A DNA stretch of 64,000 nucleotides from an uncultured Lachnospiraceae bacterium (GTDB taxonomy: Bacteria > Bacillota > Clostridia > Lachnospirales > Lachnospiraceae). Both the position numbers and the translations under genes were made by a program. The DNA lies in the NCBI GenBank assembly GCA_959022495.1, contig CAUEYX010000009.1:27329-91328 (forward strand), given 5' to 3'. The notes beneath the pieces were generated by a model, which did no database searches, had not been told where the DNA came from, and worked only from the letters and a program-made list of their open reading frames with translations. This document shows positions 17,036 to 25,428 of the stretch, piece by piece (position 1 is the stretch's first letter; each line of letters begins with the position of its first letter).

Positions 17036-18995
17036 AAGAAAAAGAAACAGGATCTTTATATTCACGATCTGCTTTTCCACGATTTATCTGATCTGGAGAA
17101 TCTTTGGGACTATTCCCTGGTCACAGGGATTTGCGCAGGCTGCAGCAGGCATTGTCCTCGTGCTGGCGGAGACGGTCACTACACTGGGGATGTTCGAGCT
17201 TATGCTCAGCCGCATGAGCGGGAAGAAGACCCTGCGCGGCCTGCCGAATATCCCGGAGGAACAGTATCCTCACGTGGACGTATTCATTGCGACCCATAAT
17301 GAGCCGATGGAACTGCTGTATAAGACGGTCAACGCATGTACATTTTTGGAATATCCGGATAAGAGGAAAGTACATGTGTATCTGTGTGACGACGGAAACC
17401 GTTGTGAGGCGGCAGAGCTGGCAGAGCATTTCGGCGTGGGATATCTGGGGCTGAAAGATAATCAGCATGCCAAGTCCGGCAATTATAACAACGCGCTTGC
17501 TCATACCGATTCTCCGCTGATTGCCACGTTCGACGCGGATATGATCCCGAGAAGGGAGTTTCTGATAAAGACAGTACCTTACTTTCTCGATCCGGAGGTA
17601 AAAATGGGGCTGGTCCAGACACCCCAGAGTTTCTATAATCAGGACCTGTTTCAATTTAACCTTTTTTCTGAAAAAGACATCCCCAATGAACAGGACTTTT
17701 TTTCCCGGGAAGTCAATATTATGCGAAACGCCTCCAATTCTTCGGCATATACGGGCAGCAACACGGTCATCCTGAGAAGCGCTCTGGAGGAGATCGGGGG
17801 ATTTCCATATGGCACGGTCACGGAGGATTTTGAGACCAGCCTGCGGCTGCAGAAGGCGGGATATATCACTTACGCGTCTACGGAAGTTCTGGCGGCTGGA
17901 CTGTCCACCACAACCGTGGACAGCATGATCCGGCAGAGAGTCCGATGGGCACGAGGGGTGATCCAGAGCATCCAGAACACCAACGCTGTTTTCACAAAGG
18001 ACCTGACCGGGGCCGGGCGGCTGGCCTACTTAAACGCCTATCTCTACTGGTGGTCGTTCCTCTGCCGCATGATCTTTATCCTCTCGCCCATTCTTTTTGC
18101 TCTTTTTGGATTCCAGCTGGTGGAGTGCGGGTTCTGGGAGCTTCTGATTTTCTGGCTGCCGTCCCATCTGCTCTACAGCTTGTCGGTCCGCTATCTGAGC
18201 ACGAATGTGAGGAATATGAGATGGAGCCAGATTATTGATACAATTCTCGCGCCTTACCTCATCTTACCGGTATTGTTGGAATCCATTGGCATCCACCAGC
18301 AGATATTTAAGGTGACGGATAAGAAAAAGCGGAGAGGAAAGACCGCTTCTTTTCGATACCTTATCCCACATGGAATCCTTCTGGCGCTGACACTGGCGGC
18401 GCTCGTTAAATTCTCTTACGGGAAATACGGTATGGCGCTTCTGTACAGCAGCGTGATCTTATTCTGGCTGTGCTACAATCTGACCAGCCTTGTCTACGCG
18501 GTATTTTTTATGCTTGGAAGAGAGGTAAAGCGCAGGAATGAACGAATCCGCGCGGAGGAACCTGTGAGGATCAAGACCAAAAGAGGAATTTTGGAAGGGG
18601 TGACAGTTGATGTGTCGGAGGAGGGGATCGCCTTCCGGCTGTCAGTTGAAGAAGATGGTGATCCTGGCGGGGAGGCTCCTCCGCCTCCGGTGCTCAAAGG
18701 CGGGGAACGCTTCGGGATCACAGTGGCCTCGGAGCGGTACAGGGCGGCCCTCGGCGCAGAGCTCGTCTACTCGAAGCGGGATGAAAAAGGAAGGATCTAT
18801 GCGGCGGCGGTGGAACCGGAAGGAGAGACAGATAGGAGGAACTGGCTCCAGATCATACATGACAGAGAGCACTCTCTGCCAAAAGAGATTGATCCGTGGA
18901 GGACAATCTATGATGATGTGCGCCAAAATATCTTTATGCGCCGTTTGAACAGGGGGAACGTGGGGAAAGGAGGATGGCTTTGGAAGCGGCAGTAG
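17025..18995 (+). CDS. BcsA-like processive GT2 glycan synthase with C-terminal PilZ domain
   Basis: DDG, HAKSGN, FDAD, QTPQ, TED and QRVRW motifs; PilZ RxxxR (RRNER) and DxSxxG (DVSEEG). Confidence 0.92.
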   Translation: MQSERKRNRIFIFTICFSTIYLIWRIFGTIPWSQGFAQAAAGIVLVLAETVTTLGMFELMLSRMSGKKTLRGLPNIPEEQYPHVDVFIATHNEPMELLYKTVNACTFLEYPDKRKVHVYLCDDGNRCEAAELAEHFGVGYLGLKDNQHAKSGNYNNALAHTDSPLIATFDADMIPRREFLIKTVPYFLDPEVKMGLVQTPQSFYNQDLFQFNLFSEKDIPNEQDFFSREVNIMRNASNSSAYTGSNTVILRSALEEIGGFPYGTVTEDFETSLRLQKAGYITYASTEVLAAGLSTTTVDSMIRQRVRWARGVIQSIQNTNAVFTKDLTGAGRLAYLNAYLYWWSFLCRMIFILSPILFALFGFQLVECGFWELLIFWLPSHLLYSLSVRYLSTNVRNMRWSQIIDTILAPYLILPVLLESIGIHQQIFKVTDKKKRRGKTASFRYLIPHGILLALTLAALVKFSYGKYGMALLYSSVILFWLCYNLTSLVYAVFFMLGREVKRRNERIRAEEPVRIKTKRGILEGVTVDVSEEGIAFRLSVEEDGDPGGEAPPPPVLKGGERFGITVASERYRAALGAELVYSKRDEKGRIYAAAVEPEGETDRRNWLQIIHDREHSLPKEIDPWRTIYDDVRQNIFMRRLNRGNVGKGGWLWKRQ

Positions 18996-20824
18996 GAATC
19001 TTGAAGGCGGCTGTGTTTCTACTCTCAGCCTGGGGCTTGGGATTTGTTGTTTACAAGCGGCTGAAAATCAGCGTTTATTTCACTCCCATATGTACGATGG
19101 CAGGAGTCAGCCTTCTGCTGTATGCGGGCGGGACCGCGGGGTATCTGGAGCAGACGGCTTATGCGGTCTGCGCGGGCGGGCTGGCCGGATGCGCGTATTT
19201 CGTATGGCTTCTTATAAAGAGGAAAATCAGGCTGAGGGCGCCCGGACTTTTCGGCATCTGTTTTGGTGTGACAGCCCTGGTGTTTTTCAGGCTCATCCTG
19301 AATCTGAAACTTCTCCACTATGACAACTTTTCACACTGGGCGGTGATCGTGAAATACCTTCTTTCCTCAGGAAGGTTCCCGGCAATAGACACGGATATTG
19401 TCGTATTTCTGGATTATCCTCCGGGCAGCAGTGTATTTATTTACTATGTGTGCCTTTTCCTGGGCAGGTCGCAGGGGATGATGCTGCTTGCCCAGAATAG
19501 TATGATCTTTGCCTGTTTTCTGGCGGTATTCGGTATTGTGGAGGAGCGCAGGCGTTTTCTGCTGTACTCATTTCTTGGGATGGGATGCGCCATGCTGTCC
19601 TATCTTAACCTGACCATCCGCGTCAATAACCTCCTTGTTGATTTTCTCCTTCCGCTCCTTGCCATGGCGTCCATCGCGGCTTCCTATCATTACAGAAACC
19701 ATGTGTGGAAATCATGCTTTTTCAGCGTGGTCATACTGGGGTATCTGGGAATTGTAAAAAATACGGGACTGATCTTTGCGGGATTCGCGTATCTCTGGTA
19801 TCTGTGGACGGTTTTCCATTGGGGAAAGACGCGCCTCTGGAGAAAATGTGCCGCGGCAGTGATTTCTTTCGCGGGGATGGTCCTTCCCTTTGTAATCTGG
19901 AAGTTTTATACAGGGACCGTACGTGCCGGATATGAGGGAAAGTTCAGTATTGGCGGGGCCGGCGGGAACCCAGAGTACATTCCGGCGGATGAAAGCCTTT
20001 ATGGTGAGATTATCGCCCGTTTTTTCAAAGAGGCGGTCAATCTGTCAGACAGAGCGGTACAGGCCTTCCTGCTGTGTAATCTGGCGGCGGCAGCAGCTGT
20101 CATTTTCGCGCGGCTGTGGCTGAAACGCAGGTGGAATCTCTGGAAAATACTGATTCTGGCGGATGTGATGGCCGGGTTATATTATGCTGGCATACTGCTA
20201 TTGTATCTGTACTCCATGCCCATGGATGAGGCTCTGCGTCTTGCGGGGTTTGAGCGGTACGCGTGCAGTATCATGACCCTGTCAGCGGGAGTCTTATTCA
20301 TGAGTGCCACGGTGGATATGGAGCATTCGTTTGCCGTAAGTATCGATGAGGCCGGACCATACCGGGCGTATTCGTCCCCCGCGGCAAAACGATATTATCA
20401 ATACGGTGTGCTTGCGACGTTTGTGGTGGCGCTGAACTTTCTATATTCAGAGTTCAACGGGCTGGCGGCGATCAGGCGGGATTATGATGAGTCCCTTCCG
20501 GGCAGAGCGGAAAAGATCATCGGGGACAGATGGTATGAAAGCGGGGCAGCAGACGGGCAGAGATACCTGGTGGCGGCGACGGATCGGAATTCGCAGGTCA
20601 CAGACGGGGAAGTGAGGTATGTGAGCCGGTATTTCCTGTATTCACCGAATGTGGATGTCACTGACAATCTGGATATCGAAAAACTGGAGAATGCCATAGA
20701 AAATTATGACTTTATCGTCGTACTGGAGGATGAGGCGGTGGACGAAGAACTGATCCAAGTGTATGGAGGAGTGTTCAGCAGAGAGGGAATTTATCAGGTG
20801 AAAGAACCGGGAATATCAGGGTGA
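18974..20824 (+). CDS. Polytopic membrane protein, GT-C-fold glycosyltransferase-like
   Basis: More than 10 hydrophobic segments; loop with YDNFSHW and DYPPG; later VD and KN.G motifs; soluble C-terminal domain; overlaps the synthase stop. Confidence 0.6.
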   Translation: MALEAAVGILKAAVFLLSAWGLGFVVYKRLKISVYFTPICTMAGVSLLLYAGGTAGYLEQTAYAVCAGGLAGCAYFVWLLIKRKIRLRAPGLFGICFGVTALVFFRLILNLKLLHYDNFSHWAVIVKYLLSSGRFPAIDTDIVVFLDYPPGSSVFIYYVCLFLGRSQGMMLLAQNSMIFACFLAVFGIVEERRRFLLYSFLGMGCAMLSYLNLTIRVNNLLVDFLLPLLAMASIAASYHYRNHVWKSCFFSVVILGYLGIVKNTGLIFAGFAYLWYLWTVFHWGKTRLWRKCAAAVISFAGMVLPFVIWKFYTGTVRAGYEGKFSIGGAGGNPEYIPADESLYGEIIARFFKEAVNLSDRAVQAFLLCNLAAAAAVIFARLWLKRRWNLWKILILADVMAGLYYAGILLLYLYSMPMDEALRLAGFERYACSIMTLSAGVLFMSATVDMEHSFAVSIDEAGPYRAYSSPAAKRYYQYGVLATFVVALNFLYSEFNGLAAIRRDYDESLPGRAEKIIGDRWYESGAADGQRYLVAATDRNSQVTDGEVRYVSRYFLYSPNVDVTDNLDIEKLENAIENYDFIVVLEDEAVDEELIQVYGGVFSREGIYQVKEPGISG

Positions 20825-20892
20825 ATGCGGGCCGGGCTTCTCTGTGAGAAGATGGAGGGGCGATAAGACAGGCAGAATGGCAGCGGCACAGA

Positions 20893-20941
20893 AAATACCC
20901 GCGGGGAACCGAGCGTATTTCCGCGGCACCTGCGGGTATTT
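20893..20941. terminator. Bidirectional terminator
   Basis: AAATACCCGCGGG...CCTGCGGGTATTT. Confidence 0.7.
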
Positions 20942-20998
20942 AAATAAGATATAATTATTATGATTTCCTGTCTCGGACTGCTTGTATATTCTGCCAGG

Positions 20999-21529
20999 TT
21001 ATTCAGCTGAGGGAGCAAACTCCCTTGATGCGAGTTCCGTGCCTGTGCTGTCCAGATATCTTACCACCACGACCGGATTATCGATCTCCACTGCCAGTGG
21101 AATTGTAGAGGCGATGGACTCATAGGTGGATGCCTGGGAGTCAAGAGTAGACTGAAGGGAGGCGGCGTCAATCGTTGCTGCCAGATCAGGGTCAGTGATC
21201 GTAAAGTTATAGATCAATTTGTTCCCTTCTGCGGTAATCGCAGCGCTGATGCCTGTGCCTTCAAGGGAGGCAGTCTGTGTTTCCAGCTGTTCCTGCATAA
21301 TATCGGAATTAACGAACTCCTCAAGGGTCGCGTATTTCCCGGACGCGGGGATATCGGAATCGTCGTCGGCATCTTCTTCAGGTTCGGATGCTGCGCTATC
21401 TTCCTCGGGTGTGGTCTCTTCTTTCGTGGTGTCGGCACTGTCCTTTTCAGATTTGCCGCAGGCCGTAAATGAAAAGGCGAGTACAGCGGCACACAGAATT
21501 AACAGTATTTTTCGGCTTAGATTTTTCAT
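20999..21529 (-). CDS. Acidic lipoprotein of unknown function (DUF4854-like)
   Basis: FTAC lipobox after basic and hydrophobic signal, Asp/Glu linker, AEGNKLIY and VVVRYLD..G domain. Confidence 0.75.
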   Translation of the reverse strand: MKNLSRKILLILCAAVLAFSFTACGKSEKDSADTTKEETTPEEDSAASEPEEDADDDSDIPASGKYATLEEFVNSDIMQEQLETQTASLEGTGISAAITAEGNKLIYNFTITDPDLAATIDAASLQSTLDSQASTYESIASTIPLAVEIDNPVVVVRYLDSTGTELASREFAPSAE

Positions 21530-21758
21530 AATCTTTTCCCTCCTCAATAATTTTATCTGTCAATATTCTATCACAGCCGATAAAGTCAGTCTAGTAAAAG
21601 TAATCTTATTTTTGCTGGTGTTAGCAGTATATCAACGTTATACTATACCGTGGGACACAGAGTGTCTCATCCTTACGATTTGAAGCACTGCCCACTAAAT
21701 GTCCTGTAAAGTGGAAACGGCAGGCAGTATTCTATACCTGAAAGGAGGTCAGGGCGCT

Positions 21759-22259
21759 GTGAATCAAAAAAAGATAGGAAATTTTATAAAAGAACTCCGC
21801 AGAGAAGAAGGATTTACGCAGGAGCAGTTTGCTGAAAAATTCAGCGTGTCCCGCAGAACGGTATCAAGATGGGAGACAGGCAGCAATTTGCCGGATTTGG
21901 ACATTCTTATAGAAATGGCTGATCATTTTAATGTCGATCTCCGTGAATTGCTGGACGGGGAAAGGAAGGCAGAGAAAATGGATAAAGATCTGGAAGAAAC
22001 TGTATTAAAGGTTGCGGATTACAGCAATGAAGAAAAAAACAAAATCACAAAACGGATGCACAGGCTGTTTATTGCCGGCCTTATTGCGGCGATTATCTAC
22101 ATGGTGCTGTTTTTTACTGACCGGGCAGATAATTTTCTGGGTGGATTCTGCCTGGGCATTACATTTGGAATGATGATCGTCGGCGTAATTATAACCAGCA
22201 GATATGCCGCAAAAATTCACGAGTGCAAATACAGGATGATGTACAGAACTAAATCATAA
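21759..22259 (+). CDS. XRE-family HTH regulator with two C-terminal TM helices
   Basis: IG.FI..LR...G.TQEQFAE...VSRRTVSRWETG..LPD; GTG 21759 after AAAGGAGG. Confidence 0.9.
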   Translation: MNQKKIGNFIKELRREEGFTQEQFAEKFSVSRRTVSRWETGSNLPDLDILIEMADHFNVDLRELLDGERKAEKMDKDLEETVLKVADYSNEEKNKITKRMHRLFIAGLIAAIIYMVLFFTDRADNFLGGFCLGITFGMMIVGVIITSRYAAKIHECKYRMMYRTKS

Positions 22260-22375
22260 AGACAATCCATCTGACAGAAAAGGGGCAGGAGAGGAGTATA
22301 GAATGGCAAAACCAACCCGGCCCGCCGGATGCTTGGGGCGTCAGCTTCTGTGTATTTTTTAAATGGTGTGTCGAT

Positions 22376-22438
22376 GGCAATGCATCTGCTGATTCCCCGG
22401 GCGCCGCCGGTTATGATGACAACCTTATTTTGAAACAT
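22376..22438 (-). pseudogene. N-terminal remnant of a short-chain dehydrogenase/reductase
   Basis: AAGGAGGG RBS plus MFQNKVVIITGGARGISRCIA (TGGxxGIG-like NAD motif), then resemblance stops. Confidence 0.7.
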
Positions 22439-22575
22439 ATGGATTCCCTCCTTGTTGTTACAGAATAACACATTATATTAGAAATCGCCAGCATTGTATT
22501 CCTGCCCTGCAGATGATAGAATGGACTCAGATCACAGTTGGGCGTTTCAATGCCTGGAAAGATCGGGGGGAATTT

Positions 22576-23031
22576 ATGAAGAAAAAAGTTCTGGTAACCG
22601 GAATCATCGCGGTTGTTCTTGCGGCAGTGCTATTCTTATATTTCAGGCCGATGCCGTTATCTGATCTGGCAAAGGAAAACCAAACAATGCTTATTACCTA
22701 TACAGAGTTCGGTGTCAGTGACGGCACTCCATCTATAGATTACAAGAACTATCATGACATTACGGATGAACAGAAGAGGGAAATCATAAGCCTGATGGAT
22801 GAGTATGCTTATACCAAGACATTCGGAACCGTATTTTCTGACGGCTCTTTAAGTGGTCTGGGAGACGAAATGGTCAGTATTTACATTTATGAAGAAAACG
22901 ATCTGGTCCATATGGTGAGTATTTCAAGCACAGACTCTATTTCTGTAGATAATAAGACATATAAAATAAAAAATGCGTCGGAATTCCTTGACAGCTTGTC
23001 TGATATCGTGAGCCGGCCGGGCACATCATAA
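22576..23031 (+). CDS. Hypothetical membrane-anchored or secreted protein
   Basis: MKKK plus hydrophobic N-terminus; G-rich RBS; 151 aa. Confidence 0.7.
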   Translation: MKKKVLVTGIIAVVLAAVLFLYFRPMPLSDLAKENQTMLITYTEFGVSDGTPSIDYKNYHDITDEQKREIISLMDEYAYTKTFGTVFSDGSLSGLGDEMVSIYIYEENDLVHMVSISSTDSISVDNKTYKIKNASEFLDSLSDIVSRPGTS

Positions 23032-23145
23032 CAGCGTCTGATGATCGTTTGGCAGACTGTCCGGAAAGCAATTTTTGTTAGAAAGCTATTGTTTTCCCGG
23101 CCTTGATATGATAGAATGACACCGATCAAAACAAAGGGAGGTGGC

Positions 23146-23166
23146 TTGATGTCGTCTATTCGTTAA
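23146..23166 (+). other. Candidate leader peptide (M)MSSIR
   Basis: AAAGGGAGGTG RBS then TTG ATG TCG TCT ATT CGT TAA, just downstream of a TG-N-TAGAAT extended -10. Confidence 0.6.
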
Positions 23167-23377
23167 TTTAAGGACAATAAAAAACATTTGTGTATCCCAA
23201 TTGTGGGTTTATTTGTTGTACTTATTTTGCGGATGGATGATTCAGGCTGATTTCTGTCTGTGCGGAGGCATTCCTTGTCTGCGCGGATATTTTTGCGCGC
23301 GAAGCTGTTTTACTGCGCGGTAAATGATTGTTTTCAGCAGCCCTTGTAATAGAGGGTATATATAAGCAGAATAAGTC

Positions 23378-23410
23378 AGGGATAACTCAGGATAAGGGTT
23401 ATCCCTTTTA
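23378..23410 (+). terminator. Premature (attenuator) terminator in the MFS leader
   Basis: AGGGATAACT-loop-GGTTATCCCT followed by TTTATT, about 90 nt before the MFS start. Confidence 0.7.
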
Positions 23411-23496
23411 TTGTCCTTTTATTTCCAGCTGCATTTTGATTTGTATTGAGCGTCGGCGTTTGTTGGTATAAGCACCGCGCAGAAAGGATAATAATT

Positions 23497-24738
23497 ATGA
23501 ATAAAACAACAAAATGGAAATCACAGTTTTTGATCGTTGCGTGCGGACAGGCGGTTTCTATGCTTGGCAGCCACGGCGTTCAGTTCGCGCTGATCTGGTG
23601 GCTGGCAGAGAAGACGGCTTCGCCTCTGATGCTCGGTATATCGGGGATTGCCGCCTATCTGCCAATGTCTCTTTTCAGTCCGGCGGCGGGAATTGCTGCG
23701 GACCGTTATAATCGGAAGTTCATCTCCATCTTTTCCGACATGGCAATGGGAATGACCGCTCTGCTTTACGCGGGACTCATGCTCTTTTTTGAACTGCCGG
23801 TATGGACTGTATTTGTCATGCTCTGCGCCCGGGGAATCGGGAGCACCTTCCAGCAGCCTGCGATCCAGTCTATCATCCCCCAGCTTGTGCCGAAGGATCA
23901 GCTGGTAAAGACGAACGGCTGGATGCAGCTTTTGAATGCTGGTTCTTTTTTGCTGGGACCTGTGATTGGGGCAGCGCTGTACGCGGCATTCCCCATATCT
24001 GTCGTTTTGATGAGCGATGTTGTGGGAGCGATATTCGCGAGCGCCGCGCTTGCAGCTGTTAACGTTCCCAAATTAGAAAGAACGGAAAACGGGGAGAAAC
24101 ATTTTGTTTCGGAACTGAAAGACGGGCTCCGGGTATTCAGAGAGGATAAAGCTCTGTTTTCTATTGTGGCGGCAGAAGCGCTCTGTATGTTCTTCTACGC
24201 GCCTTTGTCCTCGTTTTACCCGCTGATGACCAGTGATTACTTTGATTTATCTGCCATGCACGGGAGTGTTGTGGAGCTGTCTTTTGCCGTTGGCATGATG
24301 GGTTCCTCACTTTTGTTTTCCAGTGTCTTGAAAGTAGAGCGGAAAATCAAAGTTTCCTTTCTGGGATTATTCGGAATGGGAACAATCTCGGCACTCTGCG
24401 GCTTGATCCCGCCGGTTTACGCGGGATGGCTCCTTTTCGCGGCACTCTGTGTGGGACTGGGCGCCTCAGGGAACGTGCACACGATCCCGCTGACTGCCTA
24501 TATACAGGAAACCGTAGATCCGGGGAAAATGGGGCGCGCCTTTTCGGTGCTGACCCTGATTTCATCTGTGACCATGCCCGTGGGATTACTGTTTGGCAGC
24601 CCCATTGCGGAAAAAGTGGGCGTAAATGTCTGGTTCTTTATTTCCGGACTTTGTATGCTTGTGCTGACCACATTGGTGTCAATTCGATATGTCACAAAAA
24701 ATAGGAGAAAGGAAAAATACAATGATTCGCAATGGTGA
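23497..24738 (+). CDS. MFS drug efflux protein, Mef(A)-like (DHA3)
   Basis: W..QF...GQAVSMLGS..VQFALIWWL, ADRYNRK, RGIGSTFQQPA.Q.IIP.LVP, MGRAFS; about 12 TM. Confidence 0.88.
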   Translation: MNKTTKWKSQFLIVACGQAVSMLGSHGVQFALIWWLAEKTASPLMLGISGIAAYLPMSLFSPAAGIAADRYNRKFISIFSDMAMGMTALLYAGLMLFFELPVWTVFVMLCARGIGSTFQQPAIQSIIPQLVPKDQLVKTNGWMQLLNAGSFLLGPVIGAALYAAFPISVVLMSDVVGAIFASAALAAVNVPKLERTENGEKHFVSELKDGLRVFREDKALFSIVAAEALCMFFYAPLSSFYPLMTSDYFDLSAMHGSVVELSFAVGMMGSSLLFSSVLKVERKIKVSFLGLFGMGTISALCGLIPPVYAGWLLFAALCVGLGASGNVHTIPLTAYIQETVDPGKMGRAFSVLTLISSVTMPVGLLFGSPIAEKVGVNVWFFISGLCMLVLTTLVSIRYVTKNRRKEKYNDSQW

Positions 24739-24754
24739 AAATGGAGGAAGAAAA

Positions 24755-25288
24755 ATGAGAAAGACAGTCTTATTTATCGCGATGAGCCTTGACGGCTATA
24801 TTGCCGATCAAAACGGCGGTGTGGGATGGCTGCACGGACAGGGCAGCGACAGTGAAAACGCAGATACCTATTCCGAGTTTGTAAAAGAGATAGATACGGT
24901 TCTAATGGGATGGCACACCTATCATCAGGTGGTGACAGAGTTGTCCCCAGACCAGTGGATCTATGGCGGTCTTTTGACCTATGTATTTACGCACAGGCAG
25001 GCCAGCTCAATCGAGAATATCTGTTTTACAGAGGAATCTCCGGCAGACTTGGTGAAAAAACTGAAAAATCAGGATGGAAAGGATATCTGGATCTGCGGCG
25101 GGGCCGATCTTGCCGGGCAGTTGATGCGCGTGGATCTGATTGACCGGTATTATATTTCTGTGATTCCGACGATCCTGGGGAAGGGAATCCGGCTGTTTGA
25201 AGAAATGGAAAAAGAGCTGCAGCTGACTCTGATTGGGACGCGGAATTACAACGGGATCGTTGAACTGATTTATGAGAAAAGACTTTAA
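24755..25288 (+). CDS. Dihydrofolate reductase / RibD C-terminal family protein
   Basis: IAMSLDGYIA, MGWHTY, IWICGGA, IP.ILG.GI.LF. Confidence 0.9.
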   Translation: MRKTVLFIAMSLDGYIADQNGGVGWLHGQGSDSENADTYSEFVKEIDTVLMGWHTYHQVVTELSPDQWIYGGLLTYVFTHRQASSIENICFTEESPADLVKKLKNQDGKDIWICGGADLAGQLMRVDLIDRYYISVIPTILGKGIRLFEEMEKELQLTLIGTRNYNGIVELIYEKRL

Positions 25289-25301
25289 ATTTTCAGGAAA
25301 G

Positions 25302-25325
25302 TGTTATTTTTTAGAGAGTGTGTTA
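25302..25325 (+). promoter_or_regulatory. Shared upstream motif, copy 1 (candidate AraC operator)
   Basis: TGTTATTTTTTAGAGAGTG-TGTTA; same geometry at 30612 and 42903; TG-N-TAAGCT at 25356-25364. Confidence 0.5.
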
Positions 25326-25428
25326 TTTTTTGTTGTTTCGTGTCTGAAACGCGTGTGATAAGCTTCAACCATAGCACCCGCGGACTGCGGGGCTTGGTTG
25401 AGACTTCAAAGGAAAGGAATAGGGAACG

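Noticed and set aside
17025..18995. Calling the product cellulose (bcsA)
   Set aside because: Motifs show a processive GT2 but not the linkage; FFCGS is replaced by YTGS and no BcsB is present
23170..23420. T-box or metabolite riboswitch; or MITE with 13-bp terminal inverted repeats
   Set aside because: No T-box (AAGGTGGAACC) or known aptamer motif; no clear target-site duplication; uORF-linked attenuator fits better
20999..25288. Mobile element or genomic island
   Set aside because: No integrase, transposase, tRNA or flanking direct repeats seen
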